NCBI GenBank assembly: GCA_014728035.1
Contig: WJMJ01000079.1
Coordinates: 108,827 to 172,826 of the forward strand
Source: Promethearchaeota archaeon
GTDB lineage: Archaea; Asgardarchaeota; Thorarchaeia; Thorarchaeales; Thorarchaeaceae
DNA: 64,000 nucleotides
Direction: 5' to 3'
Position 1 is the stretch's first letter. Every line of letters starts with the position of its first letter. Under the pieces are notes generated by a model. It had not been told where the DNA came from. It did not search any database and saw only the letters and a program-made list of their open reading frames with translations. Positions 48,563 to 58,766 of this stretch are shown here, piece by piece. A program made the position numbers and the translations under genes.

Positions 48563-50170
48563 ATGGATAATGATGATATATTTGAAGAAGATTTTGACGA
48601 AGGCATGTATCTTGAGATACTTCGTGATAATCCCCCATTGAAACGATATGTGTCTCGTGGTGACACTCCAGATGATGTGGATATTTCAGGTCCACACGAA
48701 GATGCTGACGCTGCAATATCTAGGGTTATACGCTTTACAAAGAGTGATGGCACCCCACGTTTCCTCCCGGTTTTGGGTAGTGCTGGTATGGGGAAGACAC
48801 ATCTTTTCTGGGTAACTAAAGATCGAGAAGAATACATGACACCTGGGCCTTTTCTTACGGTTTATGTGCCCTCACCACCCTCACCCATTCGAGTCCCTTT
48901 ACATTTCTACGCATGTCTGGTAGACGAGGCTGGTGACAACATTTTCAAAACCACTGCAAGAATGCTATTAGAAAAATTTGGTGAGAAGAAGGGAGTATTC
49001 AGACAGCATTACGATTTTACTGATGTTATGAATGAAGCAGCTAGGGAATATCCTGGACTTGCGGCTGACGTAGTAAAGGTGATTCTTAGATATGAGCTAG
49101 ATGAAAAGAAGCGACCATTGGCTAGAAGGTGGTTATTGGCAGACGCTCTCAGTGATGAAGAGCTTGATGAATTAGATGTTCGAACTATTCTTGAAGAAGA
49201 CGATATAGTCATTATCGCCTTCAAATTGCTAGCTGAAGGTTCTGAGAGGCCTCTTGTACTGTTTGTTGATGAAATGGAAGGACCTTACAATACACATGGA
49301 GAAGAAGGCGAAAGGCAATTCTTGGAGGTAATCAAGAGACTCTACAATGAATGTCAGAACTTGGTACTTATTGCATCTTGTCTTAGCGAAATTTGGGCAA
49401 GGGTCTATGATATTGCAGATGCTCCGATGAAATCTAGAATGGAAACACCTGTTCAACTACGACATTTCACTCGTGATGATGTAGAAGAGTTCGTCAAAGA
49501 AACAATGATTCGTTATTGGGAAGAACAGAATATCGATTCACCAACTGAAGGAATCTTTCCAATGAATGCAGAAGATATTGATGCAGCGTTCAAAGCCTCT
49601 AATGGTGTTCCACGGGAAGCTATTCGCCAGGTCATTACCCGCCTTGATTCCATATTATTTGGAACGAAAGCAGAACCAGAACTACCTGTACAAGATGACT
49701 ATGTCGTTAAGCTAACAGCGAATGTGGTTGTTGGAGCTATCATCAAGGGTCTAAAACTTGCTGCTACTTCAAAAGGAGTTGAAGTAAACCTTCATGTTGC
49801 AAGTGGTAATGTTGGAAAACAAGCTACTGCTATTGTTGTTGTTAAACAAGGCGATACAGAACATTTCATTGGTATCGATGTACCAAATGTTAAGGATTGG
49901 AATAGAAGTGGTGGTGTTGGTGCATACTATTCTGCAAAACGGTTGAAAGATTTGATTGCTAGTGGAGACTGTGAAAAGGCAATTATGGCCGTTCCAGAAG
50001 AAACATCCGGAGCAAAATTCGAATCTCTGAGTGAGGAGTTAGGTGAAGACCTCTTTACACTTTTGTTGGATGAAGAGTCTGCTACTGCTCTGGTGAAGAT
50101 TACTAATATGGACCAACTCACTCCAAACCTTGAGAAATTCTTCAGTCACATTGTCGATAAACTCTTCTAA
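48563..50170 (+). CDS. AAA+-type P-loop ATPase with uncharacterised C-terminal domain
   Basis: Walker A GSAGMGKT, Walker B LFVDEME, KSRM, SNGVPREAIR. Confidence 0.8.
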   Translation: MDNDDIFEEDFDEGMYLEILRDNPPLKRYVSRGDTPDDVDISGPHEDADAAISRVIRFTKSDGTPRFLPVLGSAGMGKTHLFWVTKDREEYMTPGPFLTVYVPSPPSPIRVPLHFYACLVDEAGDNIFKTTARMLLEKFGEKKGVFRQHYDFTDVMNEAAREYPGLAADVVKVILRYELDEKKRPLARRWLLADALSDEELDELDVRTILEEDDIVIIAFKLLAEGSERPLVLFVDEMEGPYNTHGEEGERQFLEVIKRLYNECQNLVLIASCLSEIWARVYDIADAPMKSRMETPVQLRHFTRDDVEEFVKETMIRYWEEQNIDSPTEGIFPMNAEDIDAAFKASNGVPREAIRQVITRLDSILFGTKAEPELPVQDDYVVKLTANVVVGAIIKGLKLAATSKGVEVNLHVASGNVGKQATAIVVVKQGDTEHFIGIDVPNVKDWNRSGGVGAYYSAKRLKDLIASGDCEKAIMAVPEETSGAKFESLSEELGEDLFTLLLDEESATALVKITNMDQLTPNLEKFFSHIVDKLF

Positions 50171-50177
50171 AAATCTA

Positions 50178-50210
50178 ATACACCCGTTTCGTGACGGGTG
50201 TATGCTTTTT
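50178..50210. terminator. 10-bp hairpin between convergent genes with T-tract
   Basis: ATACACCCGT-TTCGTG-ACGGGTGTAT-GCTTTTT. Confidence 0.7.
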
Positions 50211-51323
50211 CTAGTAATATCTGCGTTTCAAGTAAAACAAGGTGAATATACCGCCAGCACCTGCAGCACCAATTCCTAACCACATCATGGTCACGTTGCG
50301 ATTCAATCTGTTGAATTCCACCCATGGATCTTCCAAGGAATACCGTATCGATATTTGTCCATCAGGATTCTCTGCAAACAGATCGTTATTGTAGTTAAGA
50401 GAACTCTCTCCCAGTGTATCAAATATAATGAATAGATCTGGAACTTCAGTAAGAGAACCTCTATCTATCCAGAGTGAATATCGATGGTCTTTTTCACAGG
50501 TGAATGTGGTGTAGACTGAATCGTTTGAGATGGTATATAGATAGGTTGCTTTGTTATTGTCCCCATAGTCTTCAAAATCGATGATGTAAGCTGTAACATA
50601 AGGATGGTCATCGTAGTATGGAATGCCAAGTAGTCCAATTAGAAGCTCACATGTTTCACCTTTGTTGTATATGAAAAAGTAAGCTTCTTCTTCCTCTAAC
50701 ATTCCTATCCATTCGATCCAAATTCGACTCTCAGAACCAGATTGTCGAAATATGTAGGGATTTGCTTCACTAAAATAAGTGATGGATATAGTGTTAGCAT
50801 CCTGATAATCAATGTCTAGTTCATAAGATTCAGTATATTGAAAATCAATATCTTCAGGAGAATGTATTGATAGATTGTAAACAGCATCATCAAGTGGGTC
50901 TCTATTTGTAACGGCAATAGTATACAATGATGCAGCTTCTGCGTTAAATTGACATCTACAGGTGTAGTTCTCAAAATTATTACAAGTCGCTATTGCATTC
51001 TCTGAATAATTCCAGTTCTCAAACTCATAAATCGCAATTCCTAATTGAGGCCATCCAGTAGAACCCACGAACTCTAATACAGTGGCATTGACTGTGATTG
51101 GATAATCAGTCGCCCCTCTAACCCAGAGAACAAAAAATTGTGTGGTGTCTGCTTTAATTCCTTCATGTTCATAGTCTATAATATCGATTCCAGATGCATC
51201 ACTCTGAACGGGAAAAAGAATAATGATTCCACTACATAAGAGAATGCAAAGGAGTAAGACACTGAATGTTGATTCCCCAACTTTTCTCATGTACAGTGTA
51301 TCAATTCTTCTTCTTTTATTCAT
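50211..51323 (-). CDS. Secreted, C-terminally anchored acidic beta-rich surface protein
   Basis: N-terminal hydrophobic signal, C-terminal TM plus KRR; overlaps the sec11 stop. Confidence 0.75.
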   Translation of the reverse strand: MNKRRRIDTLYMRKVGESTFSVLLLCILLCSGIIILFPVQSDASGIDIIDYEHEGIKADTTQFFVLWVRGATDYPITVNATVLEFVGSTGWPQLGIAIYEFENWNYSENAIATCNNFENYTCRCQFNAEAASLYTIAVTNRDPLDDAVYNLSIHSPEDIDFQYTESYELDIDYQDANTISITYFSEANPYIFRQSGSESRIWIEWIGMLEEEEAYFFIYNKGETCELLIGLLGIPYYDDHPYVTAYIIDFEDYGDNNKATYLYTISNDSVYTTFTCEKDHRYSLWIDRGSLTEVPDLFIIFDTLGESSLNYNNDLFAENPDGQISIRYSLEDPWVEFNRLNRNVTMMWLGIGAAGAGGIFTLFYLKRRYY

Positions 51324-51900
51324 TCACTGTATCATCTGATATTGTTTCAGACTCTTCAAGCTCGTCTTCCTTGAAATACTCGTATATTTCCGGTCCGAAT
51401 AACAATATGATGAATACTATAATAACGGGGATGTATCCTCCACTTCTCATCCAAAGGCTGATATTTCCTACACCTGGTGCCGTATGGATGACCACCCCCA
51501 TAATCTCATCAATAGTCCTAAAATTAGGGTCTTGATTTGAGTTATTATCTCCTTTAGTGTAGAAGTGTTTGGTTCCATCTGGTTGCTCTTGAATCTCGAT
51601 TATTCGATGAACGATAGGTGAGGCATCGTACCAATCTGCAACGAACACGATAATGTCTCCGACCTGAATATCATCTTGTGCATGTGCTTGGATTACTAGT
51701 AGGTCTCCACGATAGAGTGTTGGTTCCATTGATCCACTTGTGACGACTACGAGAGGACTAGTAGTACCCATAGCGACCATGAATATCCCGTATCCTCCAA
51801 AAGTTCCACCAACGACAATGGCAAGAAGGAAGATGGTTTTAGCAGTTTCTGAGCGTGTATCCCATTTCAAGGCACTTTTTATTCGCTGCATCCTGTCCAC
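51316..51900 (-). CDS. sec11: Signal peptidase I (archaeal/ER-type Sec11)
   Basis: VVVTSGSMEP, GDIIVF, IVHRI, TKGDNN...D. Confidence 0.93.
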   Translation of the reverse strand: MDRMQRIKSALKWDTRSETAKTIFLLAIVVGGTFGGYGIFMVAMGTTSPLVVVTSGSMEPTLYRGDLLVIQAHAQDDIQVGDIIVFVADWYDASPIVHRIIEIQEQPDGTKHFYTKGDNNSNQDPNFRTIDEIMGVVIHTAPGVGNISLWMRSGGYIPVIIVFIILLFGPEIYEYFKEDELEESETISDDTVNE

Positions 51901-52011
51901 ATTGTCGGGATATTTTCATCAACTATTAAACCCTACGAAGAAATCACAATACCTCATACACAATGTATAACTATTGACTGAAGGATACGAACATGCCTTG
52001 AGGATAAGAAC

Positions 52012-53145
52012 ATGAGCAGTATATGGAATAAGGTATGGAAAAGCACTCCAAAAATAGATTGTAATCTCTGTGGATTTATGACTTGTGCGAATTTTTCAAG
52101 AAATGTTGTAGCTGGAAATGTTACTCCGTTAGCTTGTCCCGTTCTTACTCTACCTCAGTTCACTGAACAGATTGAGGAAATATCCAAAGTAACAGCTTCA
52201 CGTCGTTCTATTCCTCCAAAAGTAGCTGCAGAAATTCCTGAAGGTGGTGTTCTTCTTACTAAGCCTTGTCGAGACACAACAGAACGAGTAATGGCCGAAC
52301 TAAGAATATCAAATGGTCTTAATCCCGGAGACAAAGTTCGTTTTTCTGTTTTTGATTCAGAACTTCTTTGTGAATTAATCGAGTGTATCAAAGATAAATT
52401 CGAATCTCTAAAATGTAGTACTGATCTTGGATATGGTAGAGCAGATACAGGCGAGCTTAGTATCACTCTTTTACACGATGGTAGAATCAATATGCGTCGT
52501 GTATTAGATAAGGAATCCGTTATCCAATTGTTTAGAGAAATTGAACATGCGATTTTTGGTGCGATGATTTGTAATTGTTGTGGGTCCGATTTTCTCTCTA
52601 TTCTAACTGGAAGAATTGAACCCCAGCTGGCAGCAACTCACACTGTATTTGATGCAGGTACTACTTTCTCATTTGAGATTGATTTTGTACCTGCTTTTTC
52701 AGCAAAATCCATCCATGAGCACGCAAGTGAACAGGCAGAATTCTTGCTGAAAACTATACAATCTGGACTTGATTTGTTAGATGATCTAGTTGATGGGTTA
52801 TCCAACGAACAAAACACTGCAAATCACTCATTACAAATCGAACAACTGAAATCCAAGGTTGTTTCTTCACTTGTAGAATCTGACAACTTCGGCTCTGAAC
52901 TTGGATTTCTAATCACACTAAGTTGTTTGAAACTTATTGGTAATGCAATGACCGGTCTAATTATAGTTCAAGAGAAGTTGCAAGGTTCAGGCCATGAAGG
53001 TTTTATTCAAAAATTAATTCGAGCTGCTAATCAAGGTGAATCTTTGGGCGAATTTCCAGAAGATTCTGAACAAGCTTGGCTATATGCTCAGCTATCCCGT
53101 CTTCAAATCACAAGAACTCTAATGAACCCATTTTTTAGTAGCTGA
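52012..53145 (+). CDS. Putative Fe-S cluster-binding protein
   Basis: PKIDCNLCGFMTC.NF...ACP putative Fe-S domain at the N-terminus; later ICNCCG. Confidence 0.75.
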   Translation: MSSIWNKVWKSTPKIDCNLCGFMTCANFSRNVVAGNVTPLACPVLTLPQFTEQIEEISKVTASRRSIPPKVAAEIPEGGVLLTKPCRDTTERVMAELRISNGLNPGDKVRFSVFDSELLCELIECIKDKFESLKCSTDLGYGRADTGELSITLLHDGRINMRRVLDKESVIQLFREIEHAIFGAMICNCCGSDFLSILTGRIEPQLAATHTVFDAGTTFSFEIDFVPAFSAKSIHEHASEQAEFLLKTIQSGLDLLDDLVDGLSNEQNTANHSLQIEQLKSKVVSSLVESDNFGSELGFLITLSCLKLIGNAMTGLIIVQEKLQGSGHEGFIQKLIRAANQGESLGEFPEDSEQAWLYAQLSRLQITRTLMNPFFSS

Positions 53146-53595
53146 TGTAATTAAGCCCAGAATCTTGTCTGCATCAGCTCTTTTATCAGGTTTCCATTCT
53201 GTAACATCTTCTGTTTCAATTCCCTGGTCTCTCTCGAAAAATTCCCTGACCATTCGGAGTCTTCTTTCTTCGGCCTTCCCTGCTCGCATAGCATCTTTTG
53301 TGGTTGGAAATCCTGATGGAGGTATTTCTGAAGTACTTATTATATACCATAAGTCTTCCCATATTTTAATGGCAACAATTTCTGCAGGGAACAAGTCAAT
53401 ATCTTCTCTGAATATGATAGTGTCTCCAGTCTGAACATGTCCAATAACGGGACCTCTTTGTCCATCTCTTTTTTCAAGAATCTCCTCGTACTCAAACAAT
53501 ACTTTTTCAGCTGCTTTTCTGAGATGTTCTAATTCAGCTCTTACAATTATTCCTTCTTCGTTCCTTGTAGATCTGGTATTGGGCTGACTTGACAT
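53119..53595 (-). CDS. Hypothetical protein
   Basis: 158-aa ORF convergent with and overlapping the neighbour's 3' end. Confidence 0.7.
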   Translation of the reverse strand: MSSQPNTRSTRNEEGIIVRAELEHLRKAAEKVLFEYEEILEKRDGQRGPVIGHVQTGDTIIFREDIDLFPAEIVAIKIWEDLWYIISTSEIPPSGFPTTKDAMRAGKAEERRLRMVREFFERDQGIETEDVTEWKPDKRADADKILGLITSATKKWVH

Positions 53596-53733
53596 GAGAG
53601 TTCAGTGAAACAATTGGATTTCAAGCCTTAACCTTTACTCTACCGGATTAAATACGAATATATTAACTATATTTATGTTGTACCTGACTGCTTAAATGGT
53701 GTTAGTATCTTTTGTTATAGCTGTGTATCTGGT

Positions 53734-55104
53734 ATGAAGATTACAACAATAAAACAAGATGGACTTGCTCATCTTTCGTATTTCGTTAGCAGCGATGATG
53801 AGGCGATCGTTATTGATCCTCGACGTGATGCTCAAATCTACATAGATTTGGCGAACAAGCACCAAGTCGAGATTAAATATGTATTTGAAACTCATCGAAA
53901 TGAAGATTACGTTATTGGGTCTTTGGAATTACAGAATCGTTATCCCTCGCTAAAAATTGGGCATTCAAAAGAAACCAAGTTCAAATATGGAGAGATAAAG
54001 CTTGGAGATGAGGATGAGTTCAAAGTTGGATCTGTGAAAGTTGTTGCAATGCATACTCCCGGACATACCAATGATAGTATGTGTTACATGTTAATTGACA
54101 GTTCGGTGAGTAATGATCCGATTGTGATATTTACGGGTGATACTTTATTCTCAAATGAAGTTGGAAGAACTGACCTCGTGGATATTAAACTTCATGAAGA
54201 GCAGTCAGAGAAGTTGTATCATAGTCTAACTGAAAAGGTGATGAAGCTACCAGATGGTGTTATTGTTTATCCCGCACATGGTGCTGGCTCAGTATGTGGA
54301 GGAGATATCGCTGATCGTGACTTTACCACTATTGGTTATGAACGAGTCAACAATGTCTGGTTAGATATGGATGAATCTGAATTCATCGAGGCAAAATTGA
54401 ATCAAGGTCTCATCTTATCTCCTTATTTCAAGAGATGCGAACATCTCAATACAGTAGGTCCAGAACTGATATCAAACCTTCCTTGCACTGAAGCTTTTAC
54501 AGTAGATCGACTTGAGGAATTTCTCAAAGGATCTGAAAATACTGTTATCGATACCCACAATATTGAGTATTTCATGAGAGAGCATATTCCTAAGACTGTA
54601 AGCTTGTCTATGGATAGTATTGGATTACTTGCCGGGTGGGCCCTTCAAGAAAAGCATAGTTTTGTCTTTGTTCTTGATGATTTAGAGAATCTTGACGAAG
54701 CAAGAGCTTCACTTCTTAGAGTTGGACTTGATAATATTGTTGGTTATCTTCAAACTGGAGTGAGTGGCTGGAAAAAGTCGGGACGCAATACGGAATCCAT
54801 GAAGAACTATGGACTGAAAGAACTCAAAGAACTTGCAGAAGCGGGTGATATTGAAATAATTGATGTTAGGCAACCTCACGAATTTGAGAGTGGCCATATT
54901 GAGAGCTCGTTTAATGCACCTCTTACTCATATTCGGGAGAAAATGCCAAAGATTGACAAAAGTACTCCAAAAGCTGCAATTTGTGGGGTGGGATTAAGAA
55001 GTACCACAGCTGCGAGTATTCTCAAGAAGAATGGTTTCATGAATATTGGAGTGCCATTGGATGGATTAAAGGGTTGGATGAAGAAGGGATACTCTCTAGA
55101 GTAA
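53734..55104 (+). CDS. MBL-fold hydrolase with tandem rhodanese domains
   Basis: IDPRRD, ETHRNEDY, HTPGHT, FTGDTLF, GRTDL, YPAHGAGSVCG; rhodanese IDVR..EF..GHI, CGVGLRS. Confidence 0.9.
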   Translation: MKITTIKQDGLAHLSYFVSSDDEAIVIDPRRDAQIYIDLANKHQVEIKYVFETHRNEDYVIGSLELQNRYPSLKIGHSKETKFKYGEIKLGDEDEFKVGSVKVVAMHTPGHTNDSMCYMLIDSSVSNDPIVIFTGDTLFSNEVGRTDLVDIKLHEEQSEKLYHSLTEKVMKLPDGVIVYPAHGAGSVCGGDIADRDFTTIGYERVNNVWLDMDESEFIEAKLNQGLILSPYFKRCEHLNTVGPELISNLPCTEAFTVDRLEEFLKGSENTVIDTHNIEYFMREHIPKTVSLSMDSIGLLAGWALQEKHSFVFVLDDLENLDEARASLLRVGLDNIVGYLQTGVSGWKKSGRNTESMKNYGLKELKELAEAGDIEIIDVRQPHEFESGHIESSFNAPLTHIREKMPKIDKSTPKAAICGVGLRSTTAASILKKNGFMNIGVPLDGLKGWMKKGYSLE

Positions 55105-55119
55105 TTTTGAGGTAGTACT

Positions 55120-56706
55120 ATGTATTGGAGACGTTCGACTGGAAGGTCTAATGTTCTAGCAAAACGCGGAATGATTGCAACGTCTCAACCTCTTGCTGCT
55201 CAGGCTGGATTATTTATTCTACATAGTGGTGGTAATGCGATTGATGCAGCCATAGCAACAGCAGCTGTTTTGGATGTAGTGGAACCTTTCAGTACCGGTT
55301 GTGGGGGAGACGCTTTCGCTCTAATTCATCTGCCCGGTAAATCTAGACCTATTAGTTTCAATGGATCTGGTCGGTCAGGGTCACTCGTTACTCTAGAAGG
55401 TATCAAAAAGAAAGGTTGGAAAAGTATGCCCACGCGAGGAGGGCCAACTGTAACCGTTCCAGGAGCTATGCACCTCTGGTGGTACTTGGTGGATAATTAT
55501 GGTTCTATGGACCTCAAGGATGTATTAGCACCAGCAATTCACTATGCTCGAAATGGATTTCCTGTATCTCACATCATCTCAGAACAGTGGAAGATTGTAG
55601 CACCCGCTCTTCGCAATGCAGAAGCGAAAAGACTTTTCACAATAAATGGAAAACCTCCGGTTTTCGGTCAGACCATGGAGAATCCCGATTTAGCTGATAC
55701 TTTCGAGTCTGTTTGCACGGATGGGATTGATCAATATTACAAAGGTCACATTGCAAAGAAGATTGTAGAAACCGTTCAGGAAGATGGAGGATTTCTTACA
55801 GTAGAGGATTTAGCACTACATCAGACCGTAGAGACCAAGCCAATATCTACTAACTATCAAGGATTTGATGTCTTTGAACACCCTCCAAATGGGCAAGGAT
55901 TTGCTGCATTGTCTATGCTTAATATTATGCAGGAGTTTGATTTTCAGTCATTTCCACCCCTTAGCAAAGAAAGGTATCATATCATGATTGAAGCTAAGAA
56001 ACTAGCTTATGCAGATTTATACGCTCATAATTCAGATCCAACCCAGAATGATATTCCAATCAATCGTATCTTATCGAAGGAATACTCCAGAGAAAGAGCT
56101 GCTAAAATTGAATTTAGTAGTGTTATCGAAGATGTATCTCCTGGTATCAAACTAGGAGATGACACAGTCTATCTTGTAACAGCTGATAATGAAGGACGGG
56201 CAGTTTCTTTCATTAATAGTCTATACATGGGATTTGGCAGCGGTCTCGTTGTGCCGGAAACCGGTATCAAGTTACAAAATCGTGGACATCTGTTTAGTCT
56301 TGATCCAAATCATCCAAATTGTCTTGCTCCCCGAAAACTACCATTTCATACAATAATTCCCGGAGCGGTCTATCACGATAATGGACTATTCGGAGTATTC
56401 GGAATCATGGGTGGTGCTCATCAAGCCCAAGCACATGGACAGGTGGTTAGCAATCTGATTGACTATTCTATGACTCCTCAACAAGCACTTGATTTTCCCC
56501 GATTTCATCACGATCAGAAAACCAATACTGTTTCACTTGAGAATGGTATTCCTGCGGACATTCAAGGATCTCTTAGAAAGATTGGTCACAAGCTAACTCA
56601 TGAAACTATGTCTAACTTTGGAGGTGGACAGGCTATACTTCGGAAGGAAGGGTTCTGGATAGCTGGATCAGATTATCGAAAAGATGGACTGGCGATTGGA
56701 TACTGA
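55120..56706 (+). CDS. ggt: Gamma-glutamyltransferase family protein
   Basis: GGNAIDAAIA, TVPG, PPNGQG, DTVYL nucleophile Thr, SFINS.Y.GFGS, PFHT, GSDYRKDG. Confidence 0.93.
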   Translation: MYWRRSTGRSNVLAKRGMIATSQPLAAQAGLFILHSGGNAIDAAIATAAVLDVVEPFSTGCGGDAFALIHLPGKSRPISFNGSGRSGSLVTLEGIKKKGWKSMPTRGGPTVTVPGAMHLWWYLVDNYGSMDLKDVLAPAIHYARNGFPVSHIISEQWKIVAPALRNAEAKRLFTINGKPPVFGQTMENPDLADTFESVCTDGIDQYYKGHIAKKIVETVQEDGGFLTVEDLALHQTVETKPISTNYQGFDVFEHPPNGQGFAALSMLNIMQEFDFQSFPPLSKERYHIMIEAKKLAYADLYAHNSDPTQNDIPINRILSKEYSRERAAKIEFSSVIEDVSPGIKLGDDTVYLVTADNEGRAVSFINSLYMGFGSGLVVPETGIKLQNRGHLFSLDPNHPNCLAPRKLPFHTIIPGAVYHDNGLFGVFGIMGGAHQAQAHGQVVSNLIDYSMTPQQALDFPRFHHDQKTNTVSLENGIPADIQGSLRKIGHKLTHETMSNFGGGQAILRKEGFWIAGSDYRKDGLAIGY

Positions 56707-56833
56707 GTGATATCATCTACCGATCTTACTTGTGATTGTAAAATAGTAGTAGATAAACAAAGAACATATAGGATTAGCCTCTTTGGTAAGTATTGTGTAC
56801 TATCTATAAGTCTGAGTTAGTACTTGATGTGAT

Positions 56834-58345
56834 TTGATGTTGAAAGAATCCGAGGAATATCGAGAAGAGAGTGATTTGCTTGGAATTCGGAAAGTCCCAA
56901 AAAACGCTTACTGGGGTGTACAGTCATTACGAGCAATGGAGAACTTTGGCGTATCTCTAGTCAAACTATCTAATTATTCTACATTAGTAGAGTCTATTGC
57001 CATGGTAAAGAAAGCCTGTGCATTAGCCAATAAACAACTTGGACACCTCGCTGAAAACTTTGCAGATGCCATTATTCAAGCATGTGATGAAATCATTGCT
57101 GGAGAACTGGTCGAAGAGTTCATTGTTGACATGATGCAGGGTGGCGCTGGTACAAGTACTAATATGAACGCAAATGAAGTGATAGCTTCTCGTGCTAATG
57201 AGATTCTTGGGCATGAAAGAAATTCCATTTCTCCGGTTGGGGCTAATGACCATGTTAACATGTCCCAAAGCACGAACGATGTCTATCCAACAGCAATCAA
57301 GATTGCTACAATTTTTGGCCTTCGTGATCTATCAACAGCTATTGAAAACTTATGCTTAGAATTAGATGCTAAAGCAACAGAATACAAAGATATCCTAAAA
57401 CTTGGTAGAACCGAAATGCAGGATGCTATTCCCATTACTCTTGGTCAGGAATTCTCAGCTTGGTCTGCTTGTCTGAAACGAGACCTTCTACGTATTGGAT
57501 TAGCTATGGATGTATTGAAGACTCACAATATAGGCGCTACGGCAATTGGCACATCACTTAATGCTGACCCTGAATACATCAAGCTTGCTGAAAAACATCT
57601 TCGTGAAGTCACAGGACTACAGAGCTTGAGAACTGCAGAGAACTTGATTGATGATACTCAGAACTCGGATGAATTTGTACATGTTTCTGGATTATTACGT
57701 GTGCTTGCAACAAACCTTGCAAAGATTTGTGGAGACCTTATCCTACTCTCTTCTGGTCCTGTTGGGGGATTTCATGAGATAACTTTGCCAGCAGTACAAC
57801 CCGGTTCATCGATTATGCCTGGAAAAATCAATCCAGTCATTCCTGAGATGGTTATGCAATGTGCCTTTCAAGTGATTGGGCACGATAACACAATATCTAT
57901 TGCAGCACAGTCTGGTCAACTTGAGCTGAATGCTTATGAGCCAGTTATCGCCTACAATTTCTTTCAGGCTTTGAAAGTATTGAAGAATTCAATTCCTATC
58001 TTTGCTGAAAAATGCGTGAAGGGAATCAAACCAAATAAAGAGGGTTTGGATGTCGTTTACAGAAGTGTGGGTCTCGTAACTGCATTGAATCCAATAATTG
58101 GCTACAAAGCTTCAACAAAGATAGCCAAAAAAGCTTTGGATACAAAGAAGACAATCAGAGAAATAGTTCTGGATGAAGGAATGATGGATGAAAAATGGCT
58201 AGATCTAGTTCTTTCTCCTGAGAGAATGACTCAACCAGGAGTTCCAGGACATGAACATAAGAGTATTCAGAAACTGCTTGAGAAGAACTCAGATGACAGA
58301 AAGAGGTTTGTGTTAAGCGATGAAGATGAAGAAGAATCTGCTTAA
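56834..58345 (+). CDS. aspA: Aspartate ammonia-lyase
   Basis: QGGAGTSTNMNANEV, SQSTNDVYPT, GRTEMQDA, GSSIMPGKINP. Confidence 0.93.
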   Translation: MMLKESEEYREESDLLGIRKVPKNAYWGVQSLRAMENFGVSLVKLSNYSTLVESIAMVKKACALANKQLGHLAENFADAIIQACDEIIAGELVEEFIVDMMQGGAGTSTNMNANEVIASRANEILGHERNSISPVGANDHVNMSQSTNDVYPTAIKIATIFGLRDLSTAIENLCLELDAKATEYKDILKLGRTEMQDAIPITLGQEFSAWSACLKRDLLRIGLAMDVLKTHNIGATAIGTSLNADPEYIKLAEKHLREVTGLQSLRTAENLIDDTQNSDEFVHVSGLLRVLATNLAKICGDLILLSSGPVGGFHEITLPAVQPGSSIMPGKINPVIPEMVMQCAFQVIGHDNTISIAAQSGQLELNAYEPVIAYNFFQALKVLKNSIPIFAEKCVKGIKPNKEGLDVVYRSVGLVTALNPIIGYKASTKIAKKALDTKKTIREIVLDEGMMDEKWLDLVLSPERMTQPGVPGHEHKSIQKLLEKNSDDRKRFVLSDEDEEESA

Positions 58346-58766
58346 ATTAGTGAGCGAATTGTTTGATTCGCAATTAGTTGCAGTACTTAGCACTACAAAA
58401 GATGACAAACCGTACTCGTGTCTTGTGTCGTATGTGGTTGATGAAGAAATCGGTAATGTAATATTTTCAACTCGCAGAAAGCGTTTGAAGTATAGAAATA
58501 TGAGATCAAATCCTTTTGTATGTTTAATGGTAGATAATAGACAAAATGAACCAAGTGATATACACAGGGCTACTTCTGTTACGATAATTGGAGAAGCTTT
58601 TGACACGGAAGGAAACGAGCGAGAGAAGTGCATGAAATTGCTCCTTGGTCGCCATTCGAATCTTACAGAATTCGTTAATCATCCTGATACTGCAGTCATT
58701 AAAGTAGCGATTGAAAAGATGTATGTAGTTTCCGATTTTGAATCTGTCAATGTTATTGAGGTATGA
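58320..58766 (+). CDS. Pyridoxamine 5'-phosphate oxidase-like (split-barrel flavin-binding) protein
   Basis: VAVLST...PYSCLV, FST...KYRNMRSNPFVCLMVDNR. Confidence 0.85.
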   Translation: MKMKKNLLKLVSELFDSQLVAVLSTTKDDKPYSCLVSYVVDEEIGNVIFSTRRKRLKYRNMRSNPFVCLMVDNRQNEPSDIHRATSVTIIGEAFDTEGNEREKCMKLLLGRHSNLTEFVNHPDTAVIKVAIEKMYVVSDFESVNVIEV

